A stretch of DNA of 64,000 nucleotides from contig NC_045697.1 of assembly GCF_009834535.1 (NCBI RefSeq), forward strand, positions 37,140,001-37,204,000, written 5' to 3'. Under the pieces are notes generated by a model. The model worked only from the letters and a program-made list of their open reading frames with translations, did no database searches and was not told where the DNA came from. The DNA comes from Camelus ferus. Taxonomy: Eukaryota. A program made the position numbers and the translations under genes. Of the stretch, positions 24,386 through 35,962 are shown in pieces. Within the stretch, counting starts at the first letter, position 1. The number at the start of each line of letters is the position of its first letter.

Positions 24386-25585
24386 ACCCCCCCTCAAAAT
24401 TGGGTATTGAAGGAACATACCTGAACATTATAAAGTCCATATATGACAAACTCACAGCTAACACTATATTCAACAGTGAAAGGTTGAAAGCTTTCTCTTT
24501 AAGATCAGGGACAAGACAAGGGTTCCATTCTCATCACTCCTTTCAATTTAGTACTGGAAGCCCTAACCAAAGTTATTAGGCAAGAGAAAGTAATAGAAGG
24601 CATCCAAATTGGAAAGGAAGAAGTAAAATTGTCTCTATTTTCAGATGGTATGATCTTGTAGATAGAAAATCATAAAGATTCCCCATACGCTGAAAAAAAA
24701 AACCCTGTTAGAATTAATAAATTCAATAAAGTTGCAGGCTACAAAATTAACATACAATAATCAGTTGATTACTATATACTAACAATGAAATATCTTAAAA
24801 AGAAATAAGGAAAATAATTCTAATTATGATAGCTTCAAGAACAATAAAAAAACTTAGGAATAAATTGAACAAGGGGATGAAAGATCTCTACACTGATACA
24901 ATACAACTTTGATGAAAGAAATTGAAGATGACAAGATTAAATGGAAAGATATCCCATTTTCATGAATCACAAGAATCAATATTTTAAAATGTCCACACTA
25001 CTCAAAGCCATCTATAGATTCAGTCAAATCCTTATCAAAGTTCTAATGACATTTTTTATATAAATAGAAAAAACAATCCTAAAATTCAGGTGGAACCACA
25101 AAAGATCCCGAAGAGCAAAAGCAATCCTGAGGAAGAGGAACAAAGCTGGGGACAATACATTTCCTGATCTCAAATTATATTTCAAAGCTGTACTAATCAA
25201 AGCAGCATGGTGTTGGCTTAAAAATAGACATATAAGCCAATGCAACAGATTTGAGAGCCCAGAAATAAACCCATGCGAATATGGTCAACTAATATTTGAC
25301 AAGGGAGTCAAGCATCCTCAATGGGAAGGGATAGTCTTGTCAATAAATAATGTTTAGAGAACTGGATATCTTCATGCAAAAGAAAGAAATCAAACCCCTA
25401 TCCTACCACTCACAAAAATTCACACCAAATGAATTAAAGACTTAAATTCAAGAATTAAAACTGTTCAAATGGCAATTATTTGAGGATATGATACCAAAAG
25501 CTCAAGCAACAAAAGCAGAAATCAGCAAGTGGGATTATATCAAGCTAAAAAAAGCTTCTGCTCAATAAGAGAAACAATCAACAAA

Positions 25586-26366
25586 TGACAAATGCTGGAG
25601 AGGCTGTGGAGAAAAGGGAACCCTCCTACACTGCTGGTGGGAATGCAGTTTGGTGCAGCCACTGTGGAAAACAGTATGGAGACTCCTCAAAAGACTAGGA
25701 ATAAACTTACCATATGACCCAGTCATCCTGCTCCTGGGCATATATCCAGAAGGAACCCTACTTCAAAATGATACCTGCACCCCAATGTTCATAGCAGCAC
25801 TATTTACAACAGCCAAGACATGGAAACAGCCTAAATGTCCATCAAGAGATGGCTGGATAAAGAAGCTGTGGTATATTCATACAACGGAATACTACTCAGC
25901 CATAAACACTGACAACGTAACGTCATTTGCAGCAACAAGGATGTCCCTGGAGAATGTCATTCTAAGTGAAGTAAGCCAGAAAGAGAAAGAAAAATACCAT
26001 ATGAGATCTCTTATATGTGGAATCTGAAAAAAAAATTAAAAAACATAAATACAAAACAGAAACAGACTCATAGACATAGAATACAAACTTGTGGTTGCCA
26101 AGGGGGTGGGGGGTGGGAAGGGACAGACTGGGATTTCAAATTTTGTAGATACTGACAGGCATATGCAGAATAGATAAACAAGATTATACTGTATGGCACA
26201 GGGAAATATATACAAGATCTTGTGGTAGCTCACAGTGAAAAAAAAAGTGACAATGAATATATGTATGTTCATGTATAACTGAAAAATTGTGCTCTACACT
26301 GGAATTTGACACAACATTGTAAAATGACTATAACTCAATAAAAAAATTTTAGAAAAAAAGAAAAAA
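25586..26366 (+). mobile_element. Young camelid-type L1 3' fragment with uninterrupted ORF2 C-terminus (25587-26027)
   Basis: [20 protein letters not shown] (CCHC motif)...YHMRSLICGI*, 3'UTR, poly-A; perfect 19-bp flanking repeat aagagaaacaatcaacaaa at 25567-25585 and 26367-26385. Confidence 0.95.
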
Positions 26367-29300
26367 AAGAGAAACAATCAACAAAATGAGACAACCTGCA
26401 GAATGAGAGAAAAATATTTGCAAACCATCCATCTGATAAAGGGTTAATGTCCAAAAATATAAAGAACTTATACAACTTAATAGCAAAAAATCAAATAACC
26501 CAATTAAAAAACGGGCAGACGACGTGAATAGACATTTTTCCAAAGAAGATATATAAATGTGCAATAGGTACATGAAAAGATGCTCAACATCACTAATCAT
26601 CAGGGAAATACAAATCAAAATCAAAATGAGATATCACCTCACATCTGTTTTAATGACTATCATCAAAAAAGATAAGAGATAATAAGTCTTGACTGGGCTG
26701 TGGAGATAAGGGAACACCTGTGCCCTGTTATTTGGAATGTAATTGGCATAGCCACTATGGGAATAGTGTGAAGTTTTCCTCAAAAATTAAAAATAGAACT
26801 ACTATATCATCCAGGAATCCTACTTCTGGATATATATACAGGGAAATGAAATCACTGTCTGAAAGAGTTATCAGCATTCCCAGGTTCATTGCAGCATTAA
26901 TCACAGTAGCCAAGGTATGGAAATAATCTAAGTGTTCACTGACAGATGAATTTATAAGGAAATGTGGTACCCAGATGTATATGTGGAATACTAAAAGAAG
27001 AAAATCCTGCTATTTTGGCAGCATGGGTGAAGCTTGAGGGCATTCTGCTAAGTGAAATAAGTCAGATTGAGAAAGACAGGTACAATATGATCTCACCTAT
27101 ATGCAGAATTTTCTAAAAGAGAAAATGACAACAGGAATGAAGGGCACAGGAAGCAGAGATGGGAAAGCATAGAAGAGAAAATATAAGTAATAAATCTGAA
27201 TGCTTTGAAAGTTGTATCTAAGAGCCCCAGGAAAGTGTTTCCTCACGTGGAACCTGTAGTTTGGGCACAGGAGGTTGAGGAAATCCCATTAGTAGCTACA
27301 GTTGGGTTATTTAAGCAACCATCCATGGAGGGGGACAATTCCGAGCTTTCCTGGAAGCACTTCAACTTTCAAGACTCTTTTATCTGCCATGTCATTAGGG
27401 GAACCAGCATGGCAGCCGTTAGATTAACGTAATAGACTTTTATATCGCATTTATCAATATCCTTATAGCAGCGATACCGTGCAGAAATGCCAGCAGGGGA
27501 TGTACAAAGTGTGTAACCAGTGAGAGGGAGATCAGTGGGAAGCACAGGGAGTTGAAGGCTCTGGATATGTGTCAAATAATAATAGCTTCCCTCAGGGTCC
27601 CCATGACATGGCAGATGAGAGGGTCTTTAAAGTTTAACTGCCCCGACCGGAGAGGCTAGCTGGAATCATTCCCCGGGCGAACAATCAGAGAACGGACAAA
27701 AACACTCTTAGGCAGGCTGATGGATTAAGGAGAAAAGGCTGTCTATGAGTGGCATATGTGATAGGTTTGCGATGGTTAATCCCTTTTCTGTCCTGAGGCT
27801 TGGGGATGCTCTGTGATGTCCCCATGACTTGAGAGAGGGAAGAGTTAGGGGCCCCTGAAAGTGGAGCAGCAGGAATTGATTGTGCAAGTCAGCCCATGTC
27901 TCGAGGAGTAAGTGTCAGACTCGAGGGTGAGTTATCAGCAGGTCATACTTGACGATAGACCCAGGCCACATTCTCGACAGCTTTATTGGTGGTAAAGGTG
28001 ATATTTTGATCTCTGTCTGCGCAGCGGAGGTAATTATCTGAACATGGTTGGAGAGCATGGGTGTTATTTCTCGGGCTCCCTAAAGCACTACGATCCATTG
28101 CTTGACCTGGAGCCATGAGACATCGACAAGGTGGAGCATTTGGACAGCAAAGTAACAGGTGGAAAGTAAGACTTCTGAAGTTGTCTTGCTCCGGGTAGCT
28201 GTAAGCCTTAGGCTTAGTTAAGTGGGATTTCTACCTGTGGGGGCCGTTGCTCCTGTCAAAGCTGTTCACAGGGGTGACTGGTTTTGTTCTGTTGTGGGTC
28301 TGAGTGAACATGTACTTTTTCAGTCTCAGGGTACTGAGTGCTGCCAGTTGACTTGAAGCTTTGCACACACTGCTTGGTATAGACACTGGTTTGTGGGCAA
28401 GGCTGTGTCAAAGATTAGATCATTTTAAGCATGAGCAAGCAGAGCAATATTTGCTGCCTTTATTGTGTTTCTTAGCTGTGTCTGCAGGCAGAGACTTCAA
28501 ACGAATAACAACAACAAAAAACAGATGAGAAAAAAGCTAAGATTCACGCATGCTACGGAACTCTAATGTATGAGGTAATGGCTTAAACTGTTAATGTCAG
28601 ATCAGACCTAGGAGACAGTGTGGCACAAGACACCCCCAAATCTGCTAACTGCCTTCAAGGCCTCAGGAGGCAACTTGAGATGTTACCCAAACTATTGGAC
28701 TTGTCTGTTGGTTCTTAACATGTGGTTTCATACTGACTCTGGATTTGTTGATTATATATGCTCTGATCATGGCTTTAGATGGTTTCACCACAAGGGTGGT
28801 GGGTTTTTGATAAACAGACCAGAAAAAAAAAAAAGGAAGGGAAAAAGAATAAGAACTTTTATTATAAAGAAAATGTGTCATCTTCTTGAGATGAGGCAGA
28901 GAAACAAATCAAACTACTGCACACCCAAAGTTCAAGATGCAATTAACAGGACCCATTCCTGGAACGTTCTGTGGCTAGAAATCAGATTGCTCTGGAAATT
29001 AAAGAGGAACTAGAGTGGCATGAAAAATATGCTTCCTTTCTCCCACCAGGATAGGCATATAGAAAGAATGAAAGTGAAATACAGGAAAGCAGCCTGACAG
29101 AGCTGGAGGAAGAGAACGTTTTCCTTAGAAGAAAGGGTAATGTATTTCAGACATGGAAAGGAAGAAAATCTAGAAGCCTGAGATTGAGAAACAGAAACAG
29201 GAGGTGCATACAGATGTAATGATCCTTAACAAGGGAGTTAGGAAGGAGATGTTTTAGTTGTCATAAGATCTGAAGAGATGGATTGGGGATCAATGAAATC

Positions 29301-30067
29301 TGCCATATGAAAAGAGGCAAGTGGGCACCAATGATTCATACAAAGAAGCATGCAGGTTTCGCCTGTTCCCTGGGGATTCCTGACCAGTATGTTTATAGAA
29401 TGACCCCACTAAGGAAGACCTAGCAAAGATAAGACTTACCCAGGGAAGGCAGGCAAGCCTGGGTTAGAAGACTCTGAGTTTCCAGGGAAACAATGAAATG
29501 GTTCCCTTTCCCACCCCTAATGTAGCACAAAAATCACATGGAAAAACCCCAAATTCTTTATTTTCTAATTGTCTTACAAAGTCCACTTTTTTTTTTTTGG
29601 CCAATCTCCATCCTTCCTTTCTGCAAAAGTGATTAAGAAAACACTCATTTCTTGTGTAGGCTGTCTTGTGGAAAGTATATGCCCTCTGGCTAGGTTATTT
29701 TAATTTTGACTAAACTGAGAAGACTGGAAACTTGGAAGGAGATCGGTATACCTCCGGGTGCCCGCTCCAAACACTTGTTCCTCACTTGTAAAACTAGGAG
29801 AAAGTATGCTCTCTACCCCAACAAGTGTACGTGCTGCCCACAGCCCCTCCCCAACTCAGTCTTAGAATAGGTGGGAGATTCTAGTCAGGTCCTGCAAAGG
29901 TGATGCTCTTTGTCACAAATGCCACACCCTAGACTGTGTGCTCTTTCTGTCCTACTCTGTGACAGGGTGATTGCTCTGTAACAGGGTGATTGCTCTGATA
30001 AAAAAAAAAAAAAAAAAAAGCTTTTCTGAACCCAGTACATCCAGAGGATCCCCCAGCACTGGGTTGT

Positions 30068-30413
30068 TGCTATGACAAAATTGTGTCTCCCCAAATTCAT
30101 GTATTGAAGCCTTAACCCCCAATGTGATGGTATTTGGAGATGGAATCTTTGTAAGATAATTAGATTTAGGTGAGGTCTTGAGGTTGGGGCCCTCATGATG
30201 GGATAAGTGTCCTTATAAAAAGAGGAAGAGACAGCAGAGCTCATTGTCTATCCTGCCATGTGCAAGCCAGGAGGAGAGCTTGCACCAGAACCCAGCAAGG
30301 CTGGTGCTCTGATCTCGGACTTCCAGCCCCTAGAACTGTAAGAAAATACATTTCTGCTGTTTAACCCACCAAGTCTTTGGCATTTTGCTGTGGCAGCTCT
30401 TGAAAAATAATGT
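30068..30413 (+). mobile_element. MLT1A-like solo LTR
   Basis: tgctatg...ccccaaattcatgtattgaagcc...ggacttccagcccctagaactgtaagaaaatacatttctg. Confidence 0.9.
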
Positions 30414-30430
30414 GGTCCCTTGTCCAAGTG

Positions 30431-30603
30431 CAGTTGTCCCTTGAACAGCACAAGTTTGAACCGTGCAGATTTTGTCAATAGTAAATACTTTGGTCCTATA
30501 TGACCCATGGGATGAATTCAGGGGGCCTCCTGTGAGTTACACTCAGATTTTTAACTGTGTGGAGGGTTCGTGCCCCAACCTTGAGTTGTTCAAAGGTCAA
30601 TGG
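30431..30603. mobile_element. Tigger2-derived MITE (TcMar)
   Basis: TIRs cagttgtcccttgaaca ... tgttcaaaggtcaatgg followed by TA. Confidence 0.8.
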
Positions 30604-30799
30604 TACTTCTGAAGCCCAAGGACATTCCTGCCCTTGGAGTTTATGAGACAACATATTATCCTGATGAATTCCTGTTTTATCTCAAGCCATATTTGATTAG
30701 AGTTTCTATCGCTTACAACCAGAGGAGGCCTGATTAACCCCATACTGATAAAGAAGTAGGATTCAGCCAGTAAAGGAAGGAGAGAAAATACATTCTGAA

Positions 30800-31800
30800 A
30801 GTACAGAGGCACAGAAAACCAAGGGTGGCTGGAGTGGAGGCTTGAGGGGCAGACAGGAGCCAGGTCACAGAAGGTCTTAAACGCTGTAGCATGAGACCTG
30901 GGGTAGGGAGGTATTGAAATAATCTAAGCAGGGAAGTGAGATGATCATGCTCAGATTTTTGAAAAATAACTGGCCCTAGGAGGATGTAGATTGGGAGGAA
31001 GTAAGTTAGAATGCAGGATGGGATTCTACAAGAGAAATGATGATGCCTGAACTAAGAGTTTAACCATGGGGAGATGCCCAGATTCAAGGGCACTTTTTAG
31101 AAGGCAAAGTTGACCAGTCTTGGTGACCAATTAGTGCTCAAAGCTGAGAGGGAGGGAGAAATCGAGGGCAACTTCCACGTGTCTTGGGCAGGTGATTGAA
31201 CAAATGGTGTTGCCTGTTATAGGGACAGAAGATACAGACTGAGGGCAGGTTGGAGAGGCGGATAAGATGGGCTCAGTTTGGCACGTGTACATTCAGGAAG
31301 GCACTGGGGGCTTTTGCTAAGATGGTGTCCAGTATGACATATGGGGCTGCAGCTGTGGAAAAGTCCAGGCTGGGGGGTTACTATGGGCACACTGAGACTG
31401 TCCAGAGGGAGGAGGGAGGAGACTAGAAATGAGAAAGAGGACCCTTAGATGAGACAGGGAAGGAGTGGCCCAGGGAGGAGGAAAAACAGGAAATAGAGGT
31501 GTCAGTGGGGAGGTCTTATTCATGAGTGCCAAAGGCAGCAAGAGAGCAAGCCAAATGAGGATGGAGGGGTTTTCACTGGCTGTCAGTGGGTCACTGGTGA
31601 TCTTGGAGAGATAGACCCCATTCAAAGAGCACAGAGGGGTAAGATAGTGGAGGTCCAAGTGGTTATGGGTTGAGGAATAAACAGGGGAGGGGGGCCTTGG
31701 GGTGAGACAATGGCAAGAGTGAACGTGTGGACTGCTCCTTTGAGAAATTTGGTTTTCAAGGAAAGAAGGAGATAGGGGCTGGAAGGGTGTTCATGTGCTG
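30800..31800 (-). mobile_element. L2
   Basis: aagcagggaagtgagatgatc, gtcactggtgatcttggagag, tttgagaaatttgg motifs. Confidence 0.75.
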
Positions 31801-32960
31801 AAAGAACATTTGTTTATTTGTTTGTTTAACAAAAAGGATTTCAGCATATTTTTGTACCGAGAGGATAAAATTTACATAAAGAATTCAACTGCAAGGGGAA
31901 GAAGTTGATTGATATGGTCATTTGTAAATAATTATTGAGCACTTACTAAGTGCCATGTGGTTGGTGAACAGCAGCCAGGGTCTTGAGGCTCCTATGTTCT
32001 AGCAGCTCAAGGTCATGGGGGTGGAGGAGTGAATGGCAGAGGATGTGGGGGGAAAGGTGAGGCTTGTCCAAGGGGAGGAATTCCAAGTTCATGGAGGCAG
32101 GAAGGAAGAAGGAGACAATGAATGCGGATACAGGTAACTTCATTGATACAGGAGCAGGAAACTGATGGTGCCTCCGCTCTTTTGTAAAGTAGGTAGTGAA
32201 GTTATGTGTTGCACAGAGGAGAGGAATGTGGGGAGAAAAGTTTGAGAAAGGTAGACTTGGAATTCTTAATCGATGTGGGGTCAGAAGCTGACTAAATAGA
32301 ACCAGATGACTAAAGAGACATGTGAAATATTGAGGGTTTGACTGAAACCAAAGACTGTAAATGTATAATGTCCCAAATCCATGATGTTCGATTTTCTCCA
32401 GCAGAGTCTCGCTACCTGGGACAGGCTCTCGGAAGGTGGGCCAAGGACTGGCTGTGCGTTTGTGTTATTACTAAGTTCATTCACTTAAATCACCACCTTG
32501 ATTGCTTGATGGTAGATGCCTAGAACTTGGCATTGAAGATCTGGCGACCAAGCCCAGGCTTCAGGGAAGGGAGTACTGTGATGATTTAGCAACGCCTCCG
32601 GGGCGCTGGATTATGGAGACAAAAGGGCCATATTTATGCCGACTCTGAGCCAAATGACCCCAAAGCTCATCCAGCTAAAACACTACAATGTGTGTATTAG
32701 GGCCACTGAAGACATTGACGCCCTGTGAGCTTACTCTTACCTGGTGGCTCAGGTAGTATTTTGAGATACTGATCAATAGGTTTGTTTTTTCTCTCCATTC
32801 CCTTTTTCTTTCTGCCTGTGCTTGGGGCATGTGTGTTTCAGTAGGAGAGCAGATAGCAAGCAAATCTTTCTGTCCTTGTTTTCCAAAAACCTAAACTCCC
32901 AAGGTGAGTGGATTAGGCTATAGAGACAGTGTTTTGGCCAGAAGAAAGGGTGAATCTGGA

Positions 32961-33431
32961 CATATTGGCTTCCTAGGACTGCCATAACAAAGTCCCAAAA
33001 CCCGAGCAGTTTGAAACAGTAAACATTTCCTGTCTCACAGTTCCAGAGGCTAAGGGTCCAAAATTAAGGTGTCAGTAGGGCCATGCTCTCCCTGATGGCT
33101 CTAGGGAAGAACCCTTCCTCCCCTCTCCCAGCTTCCGGTGTTGGCTGGCAGTGCTTGGAATTCCTTAGCCTACAGACATCCCAGTCTCATGACTGTCTCC
33201 TACCTGCGTGTCTTCACGTGGTCCTCACACTGTGCCTGTCCATCTCTGCATCCAAATACCCTCTTCTGGTAAGAACACCCATCAAATGGGACTAGAGCCC
33301 ACCTTAATAATCCAATTTTAACTTCATTCCCTCTGTAAAGACCCTATTTCTAAATAAGGTAACATTCCGAGGTACTTGGGGTTAGGATTTCCACATATAT
33401 TTTTAGGAGGAACACCATTCAACCCAAAACA
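32961..33431 (-). mobile_element. MLT1C-like solo LTR
   Basis: ttcctaggactgccataacaaag...aagaccctatttctaaataagg...attcaacccaaaaca; perfect TSD CTGGA at 32956-32960 and 33432-33436. Confidence 0.92.
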
Positions 33432-34569
33432 CTGGACTTTCTCTCCATCTGCTCCGGATCAACTGGCTTCCTGCCATAGTGGAAGGGGTGGCAGTAAGAT
33501 CCAAGAGAGAAAGGCCTCAGTGATGGGTATCCAGTTAGAAAGACCATGGGCCACCCAGGCCCTGGGTGACCATGTCAACAGGGCCAACTTCATGACTATC
33601 TGTGTGAACTGAGATGCCTTCTCTACGGACCCCCCAGATGCCCTGACACCCTGGAACACACACGTGGTGGAGGGTGCTTATCTCACAAAGAAATCAGGTT
33701 TATCATTTAAAATTATGAGAGATCATTTAAAATGTTATGTGTCTTGTGTAGTTAAGCGTGTGAACCAAGGTTTACGCCCACTACACCTGTCATTGACGCC
33801 CCCCCAACCCCCAGCAGAGCTGTTGTTAAGGCTTGTACCTCTTTTCACCCAGGCTCTCAACAAGCCAGATACTGACCTTGCCAGCAGTTATGTTTTCTAG
33901 AAAATGTGTATCACTGACTACTTGCTTTTTCTCTCCCCTACAGATTTTTCTGTTCAATACAGCTAGAATCGATATTGGTGAACGGTAAATGCTATATGAA
34001 AAAGAAAACTATTGCATTTTTAAAAGAAACAGATAGTGGACCCTGGAAAATAATCTGCCTGGTCACTTCTTCTTTTTCTTTCTCTTCTTTTCCCTCTCTT
34101 TTCAAAGAATAAAATCTCTGTTATTTGATACGTATTATAGACAGAATCCAAAGGAAAAAAAGATCTATGGAAAAGAAGATGATTTCATCATTCAAGAAGG
34201 AATTGTGTTAGAGCTGGAAAGCATGCAGTAATTTTCTAGAGTAAAAAGCAATTTCCCTCAAATATAAGTCATAACTTTTTATCCTGTTCATGGTTTGGCA
34301 GCTTCCACGTTTCCCCAGGAAAATAACCCCCCATTTCCTGACCTTGCTTTGAAAGTTAGATTTGGGAAACCTGCCACACAGCTCACCCACAGTCATTGAT
34401 TTCCGGGAGGAAGTCTCATCCTGTGACAGATCAACAGCTGGGGGTGCCCCAGGCCCTGCTCTCACCCCCTTTTATATCTAATCGGCTGTGTGATCTCAGA
34501 GGGAAAATAAACTTAGGGCTTCCATTTTGCTTATCTTATTAGAAAATGCAGTTTAAAAAAAAATCAAGC

Positions 34570-35040
34570 ATGCATTCTTCAATCATTTTTTAAAATCAAA
34601 TACTGAGTGCCTACCATGAGACAGGCAGGAGGGACACAGTGAGGAAGATGGAATTCCCCATCTGGGAAGACAGGCATATGTGTTAAGCGGAAACCTAGAT
34701 AAATGCTAAGAAAGGAGGTACCAGGTGTTATATAAATGAGTAAAAGGGAAATTTGAGCTGGTCTGGGATCCAGGGAAAGATTCTAAGGAAGGAGTTGTGA
34801 TCTGTAGACAAGTAGGAGTTAACCAAGCGAAGGCATAGGGAGTGAGCATTTCAGGCAGAGGGTCTAGCATATGCAAGACTGTGATGTGGGAGGGAACACA
34901 GTGTACGCGAAAGACTGAAAGACGGGTGCAGAGTGGTGTGATGAGGCTGGAAGGTAGACAGAGCCAGAGCGTGCACACTCAGGGCCTTCCAGGCCATGAT
35001 AAAGACTTGGTCTTTATCCCAAAGTGAAGAATGGGAAGCG
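34570..35040 (-). mobile_element. L2 followed by (TG)n at about 35051-35082
   Basis: aaatactgagtgcctaccatg...agcatttcaggcagaggg...cagggccttccaggccatgataaagacttgg. Confidence 0.75.
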
Positions 35041-35046
35041 TGTGTA

Positions 35047-35086
<40 letters not shown>

Positions 35087-35595
35087 TGATATCACCCAAC
35101 CACGTCATCCCTCAGGCGACAGGCACCATAAAAAGTGAGTCTCTAAAATTCTTTGAGATTCTAATTTTAAGAACAGTTTTTGGTCTATGAGATCCTTGGG
35201 TGTGTCACTTAGGTCCCCATCCATCTGCAGAGGACCAAGACTGAGCTGTCATCAGTATGTGAGCCCTCTGCTGCTATAAGCTTGCCTCTACCGGATGATA
35301 CTGTTTTTATTAAAATACAGACGAGTAGATAATCATATAGCTCATCTGCAAAGATGCACATCAAAATGTTATTTTTGGGTTATGGGATTTGCCAGTGACT
35401 TTCAATTTTCTTTTTTAGTACATTTTATATTCTCCAAGGCTTGGAGAGTTATTTTTCAAAGAGCTTATTAAAAATACAATGGAAGGTAGGTGTGTGTCAG
35501 AGTCACATACAAGTCACCAGGCACACAGGACCTTTCTGTTTGGGAATTGAGAAGGATGAGATCAAGTTACTATAAGGAATACAAAGTAAGAAAGG

Positions 35596-35962
35596 TGCTA
35601 TGGACTGAATTGTGTCCCCTCAAATTCCTATGTTGAAGCTCTAACCTCCAGAGTGGCTGTATTTGGAGTAAGGAGGTAATTAAGGTTAAATGAGGATACA
35701 AAGGTCCCTGATCTCATAGGATTAGTGTCCCTACAGGAGCAGACACCAGAGAGCTTACTGTCACTCTGCCATGTGAAGTCACAGCAAAGATGGTGGCCAT
35801 CTACAAAGCTTCCATCTACAAGGAGGCTGGCTCTTCCTAGAAACTGAATCTCCATACATCCTGCCCTTGGACTTCTCAGCCTCCAGAATTTCAAGAAGTA
35901 AATGTTGTTTAAGCCATCCAGCCTAGGGCACTTTGTTACGGCAGTCCAAAATGATTGCGACA
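35596..35962 (+). mobile_element. MLT1A-like solo LTR
   Basis: tgctatggactgaattgtgtcccctcaaattcctatgttgaagc...ttgtttaagccatccag...gaca. Confidence 0.9.

Larger units (their letters stand above)
23916..27120 (+). mobile_element. Degenerate L1 (L1MA-like): ORF2 from RT to C-terminus, hosting two nested L1 3' ends
   Basis: IISIDAEKAF RT motif near 24120, [23 protein letters not shown]; many stops and frameshifts. Confidence 0.92.

Noticed and set aside
25650..26027. 125-aa ORF as a functional gene
   Set aside because: It is the C-terminus of L1 ORF2 in a 5'-truncated copy with no promoter or true start codon
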